Part shown: piece after piece, positions 25,240-32,000 of the stretch
Layout of the letters: each line of letters begins with the position of its first letter
How positions within the stretch are numbered: the stretch's first letter is position 1
Assembly (NCBI GenBank): GCA_965250005.1
Contig: OZ252279.1
Span: 780,001 to 812,000 of the forward strand
Source: Demequinaceae bacterium
GTDB taxonomy: Bacteria > Actinomycetota > Actinomycetes > Actinomycetales > Demequinaceae
Length of the DNA: 32,000 nt
Reading direction: 5' to 3'
Position numbers and translations under genes: made by a program
Notes under the pieces: model-generated
Databases searched by the model: none
The model's input: the letters and a program-made list of their open reading frames with translations, nothing else
Told to the model about the DNA's origin: nothing

Positions 25240-28200
25240 ATGCACACCGTCGCGCGCTCAATCCTGACCGCAATGCTTACCGCCGCGCTCGCCATTGGCG
25301 TCGTCACCCCGGTCTACGCCGTAGACGACTCACTCCTCCTTGAGGGCGAGTCCACCACCATCGCTCTGCCCGATGGCGGCGAGGCCGACTTCAACGTGGT
25401 TGACCAGGCTACGGACGGCGCGAGTGTCGAGGCCGAGCCAATCGCCGTTGAGGGCGCGACCGCGGAGACCATCGATGGAGACGTGTTCGCCTTAAGCGAC
25501 GGCGTCTCGATTGTCGCCACCGACGCTGCGGGCGAGGACATCTCAGATTTCGAGCACGACGTGACGATTGTCGAGGCCACCGAGGACACCCCGGCTTACG
25601 TCTCTGAGTTCATCCCCGCGATCGAGCTGACATTCCCCATCTCAGAAGAGCAGCTCGCTGAGGTCGACGTCGCGTCGCTCGGCGTGTACTCACGCGAATC
25701 CGAGGACGACGAGTGGCAATGGGTGCCCTCGGCGTACGACGCCGAGCTCGGTGCCGTCGTGGCGCAGTCCGACCACCTGAGCGAGTTCACGGTCATGGCG
25801 GCCCCGGCCGCAGTCGCGCCGGACCCGACCGTGCCGCGCATTGCGCTCGACCCGGACGACGCGCTGGGCAAGGCCCTCTGGAACGGCACCGTCTACAACG
25901 AGCTTCAGTTCAGCCACGCTGTCGCAACCGCCGTCAAGGCCAGGCTCGAGAACGAATGCTTGGCAGAAGTCCTCATCACCCGCAATTCCTCGACGGCATT
26001 TGTTGCGCGGACCACTCGCTCAAACCGCATCCGGAACTTCGACGCGGATATCGCGATGACCCTCGCATTCAATAACTACAACACCGCGTCAGACGGCATC
26101 GCCCGCCCGTGGGGTATCAGCAGGGACGGCGGAGTGGTCGCGTGGTCCGCGAGCAACAGCGCGAGCACCCGGCTGGGTAACAACACCAAGACTCAGATTG
26201 TGAACTGGACGGGGCGCCCCGACCGCCGCGGGCTCAACCCTCCAAGTTCGGTGTTGCCTTACAGCCAGCTCGTCGGGTCGGCCCCGGCGTACGCACACGC
26301 AGAACTCCTGTTCCTCAGCCACAACTACGACTGGCCGATTATCAGCACGCGGCTTGATTTGGTGACCGACGCTGTGTACTCCAGCATCATTCAGCAAATC
26401 GAAGCAACGGGCGGGATCGCCTGCGCCGAGCCCGTGACGCTGCCGACGCCGCCCACGCAAGACGTGCTCGACGATCTCGCTCAGCTGGGCCAGAACAACT
26501 ACCAGATTTACGGCACGGACCCGGTCAACCTCGCGACAGGGAACTTCCTCGCCTCAGAAGAGGTGTTCACCCTCTCTGGCGTCGGCGACCAGGTCATCGA
26601 CCTGACCCTCGCCTACAACGCGCTCGACGGCCGCGTTTCACCGGTTGGCAACGGTTGGAACTTCGGGTATTCGTCCCGGGCGCAGTTGTATGACAACGGC
26701 GCTGTCATGGCGATCCTCGCGGACGGTCGCAGCGTGTACTTCGAGTCCGACGGCGCCGGCGGCTTTGCAACGCCCGCGGGTGCGCGCAGCACCCTTGCCG
26801 CAGTCGAGGGCGGAGCCGTGCTGACCTTTGCCGACAATACGTCGCTTGAGTTCACGTTCGATGAGGAGTCTGGGTATGGAACGTTGGCCCGCGCGGTGGA
26901 CCGCCAGGGCAACGCGTACACGCTGGTTTATGGACCGCTCGCGGAGGCCGCGGAGGGCGGGTACACGTTCCCGCCGTTGCAGAGCATCACGGACCAGGCT
27001 GGCCAGACGGTCGCGGTCCAGTCCACCCCCGAGGGTCGCATCACCGGATTCACGCATCCGGATGGCCGTCAGTGGACCCTCGCCTACGACGCCGCGGGCA
27101 ACCTGACGTCCATCTCGGATGGCGCGAACCGCACCCGCTCCTTCGCGTACAACGCGGGCGGTCTGCTTGAGGTTGTCACCGGAGCCGACGGCGTGGCCGA
27201 GCTAACCAACGTGTTCGACACCGAGCAGCGTGTGGTCATCCAGACTGATGGTGCGGGCTACATCCGCACCATTGCCTACGGCCCTAACCGTGAAACCACG
27301 CTCACCGATGCCCTAGGCAACGCGAGCACGCTGAGCCACAACGACAAGAACCAGGTGGTCCGGGCCCTCGACGCCGAGGGCGGTGTGACGCTTAACGGTT
27401 ACGACGACAACTACAACCCGAACACGTCGACTGACGCGAACGGCAACGTCTTCACATCGGAATTCGACGTCTACGGTCGCGTGAAGTCGTCCACCAACGC
27501 TCTGGGCGAGACCACCACATATGGTTACAACCCCCGCGGCGACCTGGTGTCCATCAGCAGCCCTGACCCGAACGGCGGCACCGCTACCACCAGTTTTGTC
27601 CTCAACGAGGACGGCCGCGCAACCGAGACTCACCTGCCGGACGGCACCGTCACGTATGCGTCCTTCGACGCGCACGGCGATATGACAAGCATCACGGATG
27701 CGACCGGCGGCGTGACCACTATGGCCTACGACTGGCGGGGAAACTCTGTCACCTCTACGGATGCGCTGGGCCACGTCACGGCACGTACGTACGACCTGGC
27801 GAACCGCCTCACGTCGGTCACCGACGCGAAGGGCGCCCTGACCACTCTTGCGTACGACGCTGCCGATAACCTGATCAGCACCCTCGACGCCCTCGGCGGC
27901 GTCGCCACGTTTGTTTATGACGTCAACGACTCGCTCGTGAGTGAAACTAACGAGGCTGGCGAAACAGCAACCTACGAATACAACGTCAACCTCCAGCTCA
28001 CCGCAGCGAACCGCGCCGACGGCTCACGCATCGAATATTTGTACGACGCGGAGCACCGCATGGTCGCGCAGACCAACCCGGACGGCACGCGCCGCACGTG
28101 GGAGTACGACGGCCTGGGCCGCGCCACCGTCATGGTGGACGAGGCAGGCGCACGCTGGCTCACGGAGTACGACGCGATCGGCAACCCCGTCGCTTCCATC

Positions 28201-31200
28201 GACCCGAGCGGTGCGCGCAGCGAGGTTGGCTACGACGCGCTGTCGCGCCCGGTGACGTTCACGGACGCACTCGGCAATGCCGACACTGTCACGTACCTGC
28301 CTGGCGGTGTCGCTGGCACCGAAACGGATGCGCTCGGGCGCACCTCGAGTTACGGCTACGACGTCATGGGCCGCCTGCTGTCCGTGACCACGCCGGATGG
28401 CGAGACGCGCGCTTACAGCTACGACGCGAACGGCCGGCTGGTGTCGGCCACCAACGCCCGCGGCTTCACGCAGACGTATCAGCTGGACGCGCTCGGTCGC
28501 GAGGTGTCAATGACGGACGCGCTCGGCAACCTGTGGCGCGCGGAACTCGACGCACTCGGCAACGTGACCGCGACCGTCGACCCGCTCGGCAGCCGCACCC
28601 AGATGGAATACGACGCCCTGTCGCGCCCGGTCGCGACCAAGGACGCACTCGGTGGACGTGCGAGCGTCGCCTATGACGCCGTTGGACGTGCAACGTCGGT
28701 GACCAACCAGAATGGCAACTCGATCAGTTACCAGTACGACGCACTCGGCCGCCCCACGCGCACCACGTACCCCGAGGGCTTGTTCACGACCACCGGCTAT
28801 AACGCCCGGGGTTTGGCCGTAGCGGTGGTGGGCACACGCGGTTTTCCGACCGCCTACGAGTACGACGCCCGCGGCATGCAAACGGCGATGGTGGACGAGG
28901 CCGGCGAACGCTGGCTCACCGAGTACGACTCGCGCGGCAACGTCGTCGCGAACATCGACCCCTCCGGCGGGCGGACCGAGTTTGACTACGACGCGCTCTC
29001 GCGCCGGGTCGCCTCGACGGACCAAGTGGGCGCGCTCACCTCGTTCGTCTACGACGCCGTGGGACAGATGACGTCTTCGACCGACGCGTTGGGAAACCCC
29101 ACGGCATACGTGTTTGACGCGATGGGGCGGGTGGCCGCGGCCACGACCGCCGACGGCGCCACCGTTGTGTACGGCTACGACGCCGACGGTAACCTGACGT
29201 CCTTCATCAACCAGCGCGGGTTTACGGAGACGTTCCAGCTCGACGCGCTCGACCGCATGGTGTCGCGCACCGACACCCTGGGCGGCACCTGGACCACGGA
29301 GTTCGACACCCGGGGCAACGCGACTGCCACGGTGGACCCGCTGGGCAACCGGACCGAGTCCACGTACGATGCGCTGTCGCGCGTAGTTGGCGTGACGGAC
29401 GCGCTCGCCGGTGAGGCGACCTTCACGTACGACGCCCTCGGCGCCCGCACGTCCACCACGAACGCGCTGGGCCAGACCACGGCCATCGAGTACGACACGC
29501 TGGGCCGCCCGGTCGCGTCGACGTTCGCGGACGGCACCACCGTGAGCAACGCTTACGACGCCGCCGGCCTGGTGGTCAGCTCGACCGATCAGCGCGGGAA
29601 CGCGATGTCCTACGAGTACGACGCGCGCGGGCTCAACGTCGCGAGCGTGGACACCGCGGGCCAGCGCTGGCTGACCGAGTACGACTCGCGCGGCAACGCC
29701 ACCGCGACGGTGGACCCCCTTAGCGCGCGGTCAACCGCTGAGTACGACGCGGCCTCGCGCCCCGTCGCCGTTGTCGACGCTGTCGGTGCACGGACCACGT
29801 TCGCGTACGACGCGCTCGGGCAGGTGGTCTCCACGACCAACGCCCTGGGCGACACCACGGCGTACACCTACGACGCCATGCAGCGTATGGTCACCATGAC
29901 CACTCCCGAAGGCGCCACGAGCCAGTACGGCTACGACGCCAACGGAAACACCACCTCGATCACCAACGCGCTCGGCGATGTCCTTGCCACCGAATACGAC
30001 GCCGCAGGCCGCGCGATTGCTACGGTGCTCCCTGACGGCGGCCGTACTGAGACCGCGCGCGACGCCCTGGGACGCGAGATCGCCACCACCGACGCCCTGG
30101 GCAACACCACCAGCGTGACGTACGACGCTCTCGGCCGCGCGACCATCGTGGTTGACGCCGCCGGTTTCTCCACGACCGCAACCTACGACGCGGGCGGCAA
30201 CCGCCTGTCAACGACGGACGCCCGCGGCGGGATCACCGCGTTCGTGTACGACGTGATGAACAGGCTCGTGTCAACCACCAACGCCGAAGGCGAAACCCGC
30301 ACACAGTCCTACGACGCAGCGGGCAACGTCACGGATGGGGTCGACGCGCTGGGCGTGGCGACGCACTTCACATATGACGTGCGGAACCTGCTGACCGAGA
30401 CAATCGAGAACTACTTGCCGGCCGAGCCGTCGAGCGAGTCGGTCAACGTGACGACGTCGGTGAGCTACGACGCCCGCGGCGACGCGGTGGCGACCGTAGA
30501 CCCGCGCGGCAACGCCACGACGTATGTGCGCGACGCGCTTGGCCGCGTGGCGGCAGAAACGGACGCACTCGGCCAGACCAGCGTCGTCGGCTTCGACGCG
30601 CTTGGCCGCCCGTCCGTGGTGACCGCACCTGATGGCTCGGTGACGGCGACCACCTACTCGCCCGACGGCTACCCCGTTGAGATCGCGTTCCCCGATCAGA
30701 CCGTGACATCCGAATTCGACGCGCTGGGCAACCGAACGTCCATGACCGACGCGCTCGGAACGTCTTCCTGGACGTACGACTGGGCCTCACGGGTCACCGT
30801 CGCCGTGGACGCGCTAGGCCAGAAGAACACGAACCAATACGACCTCGCAGGCAACCAAACCCGCGTGACATATGATGACGGCCGCTCGCTGCTGCGCACG
30901 TTCGATGCACGCAACCTAGCCGTCACGCAGGCTGATGCTGACGACATCACATCCTTTGATTACGATCAGGCCGGTGCGCTGGTAGGTATTTCGCGCCCGT
31001 CGGGTGTGGAGACCGCCATCGACCGCGACCTACTAGGCCGGGTGACGGCGATTGTTCACACCGGTGAAGGCGTCGTGGGCAACACGCTTCCTAGTGGTGA
31101 GGTGAATCCGTCGTCGATGGCTCCGGGTAATGCGTATGGGCATTGCAAGGACAACGGGAATGGCCACCCGAACCAGCAGCCTGCGGGTTGTTCGACGCAA

Positions 31201-32000
31201 GCTCTGACGTTCGAGTACGAGTACGACGCGCGTGGTCTGGTGGATGAGCGGGAGCTGTCCACGGATGAGGCGACCACGCTCACGGATTACACGCATGATG
31301 CGCTTGGGCGTCTGACGGAGTCTGTCACCGGTGACTATGTGGCCACGTATGGGTGGGATGCGGCGTCGAACTTGGTGTTTGAGTCGGTGTCTGAGGATCT
31401 GTCGACGAACAAGAAGGGTGATGGGTACACGGTCACCTGGACCGTCAACGCGATCAACCAGCTCACGCAGTCGGTGATGGATCCGTCGGCGATGCCGGCG
31501 AACAAGACGGAAACGACGGCGTTCTCTTATGACGCGCGCGGCAACCGCACGCAGGCGTTGACGACCACGACGTCGGGCAACAAGACGCACACGGTCAGCG
31601 ACATCCAGTACTCGTATGACGGTCGCGATTTGGTCAGTTCTGTGACCGGTGGTGACACGGATGTGGCGTATGCGCGTGACGGCGTGGGCCGTGCTCTTGA
31701 GGTGTCCGAGGATGGTGACACCCGCACCCGCCTGTATGACGGGCTAGCGATCGTGCGTGATGGTGACACTCAGCTGACGCGCGGTCCGGGTGGTGCGGTG
31801 TTGTTTGAGGCCACGATGGTGACGTCGGGCAAGGGCAAGAAGGCGACGACCTCGATCCAGACGGTGGATGTGCTGGCGGACCTGCTGGGTTCGGCTGTCA
31901 CGACCGCCACGGATGGCGTGATTTCTGCGGACCTGGCGCTGTTTGGAGACTTTGGTGACCTACTGACAGACACCTCCCTGGACACCGTCACTGGGTTTAC
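25240..32000 (+). CDS. RHS/YD-repeat polymorphic-toxin protein, 3'-truncated by the window edge (>2,250 codons)
   Basis: Frame 1 is open from ATG 25240 to the window end by my manual translation. It is absent from the ORF track because it has no stop in the window. The signal peptide is MHTVARSILTAMLTAALAIGVVTPVYA/VDD. The RHS-entry motif is DPVNLATGNFLASEEVF...LTLAYNALDG. Dozens of ~21-aa YD repeats follow (xYxYDxxGRLxxxTDAxG). The late-core motifs RLYDGLAIVRDGD and VDVLADLLGSAV...LFGDFGD fall at 31.7-31.96 kb. Confidence 0.93.
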   Translation, partial: MHTVARSILTAMLTAALAIGVVTPVYAVDDSLLLEGESTTIALPDGGEADFNVVDQATDGASVEAEPIAVEGATAETIDGDVFALSDGVSIVATDAAGEDISDFEHDVTIVEATEDTPAYVSEFIPAIELTFPISEEQLAEVDVASLGVYSRESEDDEWQWVPSAYDAELGAVVAQSDHLSEFTVMAAPAAVAPDPTVPRIALDPDDALGKALWNGTVYNELQFSHAVATAVKARLENECLAEVLITRNSSTAFVARTTRSNRIRNFDADIAMTLAFNNYNTASDGIARPWGISRDGGVVAWSASNSASTRLGNNTKTQIVNWTGRPDRRGLNPPSSVLPYSQLVGSAPAYAHAELLFLSHNYDWPIISTRLDLVTDAVYSSIIQQIEATGGIACAEPVTLPTPPTQDVLDDLAQLGQNNYQIYGTDPVNLATGNFLASEEVFTLSGVGDQVIDLTLAYNALDGRVSPVGNGWNFGYSSRAQLYDNGAVMAILADGRSVYFESDGAGGFATPAGARSTLAAVEGGAVLTFADNTSLEFTFDEESGYGTLARAVDRQGNAYTLVYGPLAEAAEGGYTFPPLQSITDQAGQTVAVQSTPEGRITGFTHPDGRQWTLAYDAAGNLTSISDGANRTRSFAYNAGGLLEVVTGADGVAELTNVFDTEQRVVIQTDGAGYIRTIAYGPNRETTLTDALGNASTLSHNDKNQVVRALDAEGGVTLNGYDDNYNPNTSTDANGNVFTSEFDVYGRVKSSTNALGETTTYGYNPRGDLVSISSPDPNGGTATTSFVLNEDGRATETHLPDGTVTYASFDAHGDMTSITDATGGVTTMAYDWRGNSVTSTDALGHVTARTYDLANRLTSVTDAKGALTTLAYDAADNLISTLDALGGVATFVYDVNDSLVSETNEAGETATYEYNVNLQLTAANRADGSRIEYLYDAEHRMVAQTNPDGTRRTWEYDGLGRATVMVDEAGARWLTEYDAIGNPVASIDPSGARSEVGYDALSRPVTFTDALGNADTVTYLPGGVAGTETDALGRTSSYGYDVMGRLLSVTTPDGETRAYSYDANGRLVSATNARGFTQTYQLDALGREVSMTDALGNLWRAELDALGNVTATVDPLGSRTQMEYDALSRPVATKDALGGRASVAYDAVGRATSVTNQNGNSISYQYDALGRPTRTTYPEGLFTTTGYNARGLAVAVVGTRGFPTAYEYDARGMQTAMVDEAGERWLTEYDSRGNVVANIDPSGGRTEFDYDALSRRVASTDQVGALTSFVYDAVGQMTSSTDALGNPTAYVFDAMGRVAAATTADGATVVYGYDADGNLTSFINQRGFTETFQLDALDRMVSRTDTLGGTWTTEFDTRGNATATVDPLGNRTESTYDALSRVVGVTDALAGEATFTYDALGARTSTTNALGQTTAIEYDTLGRPVASTFADGTTVSNAYDAAGLVVSSTDQRGNAMSYEYDARGLNVASVDTAGQRWLTEYDSRGNATATVDPLSARSTAEYDAASRPVAVVDAVGARTTFAYDALGQVVSTTNALGDTTAYTYDAMQRMVTMTTPEGATSQYGYDANGNTTSITNALGDVLATEYDAAGRAIATVLPDGGRTETARDALGREIATTDALGNTTSVTYDALGRATIVVDAAGFSTTATYDAGGNRLSTTDARGGITAFVYDVMNRLVSTTNAEGETRTQSYDAAGNVTDGVDALGVATHFTYDVRNLLTETIENYLPAEPSSESVNVTTSVSYDARGDAVATVDPRGNATTYVRDALGRVAAETDALGQTSVVGFDALGRPSVVTAPDGSVTATTYSPDGYPVEIAFPDQTVTSEFDALGNRTSMTDALGTSSWTYDWASRVTVAVDALGQKNTNQYDLAGNQTRVTYDDGRSLLRTFDARNLAVTQADADDITSFDYDQAGALVGISRPSGVETAIDRDLLGRVTAIVHTGEGVVGNTLPSGEVNPSSMAPGNAYGHCKDNGNGHPNQQPAGCSTQALTFEYEYDARGLVDERELSTDEATTLTDYTHDALGRLTESVTGDYVATYGWDAASNLVFESVSEDLSTNKKGDGYTVTWTVNAINQLTQSVMDPSAMPANKTETTAFSYDARGNRTQALTTTTSGNKTHTVSDIQYSYDGRDLVSSVTGGDTDVAYARDGVGRALEVSEDGDTRTRLYDGLAIVRDGDTQLTRGPGGAVLFEATMVTSGKGKKATTSIQTVDVLADLLGSAVTTATDGVISADLALFGDFGDLLTDTSLDTVTGF
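28135..30402 (+). repeat. Higher-order 756-nt (252-aa, ~12 YD units) tandem super-repeat inside the rhs ORF, 3 copies
   Basis: The signature VD(E/T)AG(A/E/Q)RWLTEYD(A/S)(I/R)GN starts at 28135, 28891 and 29647, exactly 756 nt apart. Copies 1 and 2 are colinear along their length (e.g. ARGFTQTYQLDALGREVSMTDALGN vs QRGFTETFQLDALDRMVSRTDTLGG). Copy 3 is more diverged in its second half. Confidence 0.7.

Noticed and set aside
24878-25245. Imperfect inverted repeat (24878-24914) and small ORFs in the AT-richer spacer (24888..25133 -, 25057..25245 - including a 40-aa MAEITKFVLLKSKH... version, and a 13-codon plus-strand ORF at 24878)
   Set aside because: The stem has a bulge and a 19-nt loop with no U-tract. 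The ORFs lack convincing RBSs, motifs or coding-type third-position bias. They cannot be supported from sequence alone.
26500-31000. Regular short periodicity that could be mistaken for a CRISPR array or non-coding tandem repeat
   Set aside because: The ~63-nt periodicity is the degenerate, protein-level YD repeat within one open frame. There are no identical direct repeats separated by unique spacers.
25314-31991. About 20 minus-strand and off-frame ORFs across 25.3-32 kb listed in the track (e.g. 27313..27774, 28507..29025, 31033..31590)
   Set aside because: They are shadows of the single 6.76-kb rhs frame. Their Ser/Arg/Val/Ala-rich translations reflect antisense YD repeats, and none has a recognisable motif.
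1-32000. Search for tRNA, rRNA, IS elements, integrase genes and att-like direct repeats flanking the 22-32 kb region
   Set aside because: I saw no cloverleaf-compatible segment, rRNA-like conservation, transposase/integrase ORF or long direct or inverted terminal repeat. The GGTTCGAA string at ~24421 lies inside the HTH coding frame.

Overview
This is a high-GC (Actinomycetota-type) chromosomal window with two very different parts. nt 1-18,670 is a tightly packed, conventional anaerobic-respiration and cofactor block. A plus-strand operon (3' end of a regulator, narGHJI, mog, moaE, moaA) converges on a 12-gene minus-strand string: hemC-hemD-hemB-hemL, a cysG-like siroheme synthase, sirohydrochlorin chelatase, moeB, moeA, moaC, mobA, a small DUF-like ORF and moaD. 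Almost every junction in both strings is a start/stop overlap. nt 18,671-22,213 holds a decayed yceI-like pseudogene, a membrane-anchored CopC protein and two GT4 glycosyltransferases. nt 22,223-32,000 is the unusual part, with three elements. (i) A secreted, polytopic membrane protein whose ~444-aa hydrophobic region is ~19 % tryptophan by my hand count and is built from internally duplicated 'PWWRxWxW' modules; I cannot assign it to any family. (ii) A divergently transcribed tandem-HTH gene with atypically low GC3, followed by a ~490-bp AT-richer spacer. (iii) An RHS/YD-repeat polymorphic-toxin gene of more than 2,250 codons (25240 to the window end). It is missing from the supplied ORF track because it has no stop codon in the window. 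It carries a signal peptide, a degenerate Amidase_3-like domain, a 756-nt higher-order repeat and a codon-usage breakpoint about 1 kb before the window edge. I found no rRNA, tRNA, CRISPR array or recognisable transposase. All similarity statements come from reading the translations and from memory of the protein families; no database search was possible.
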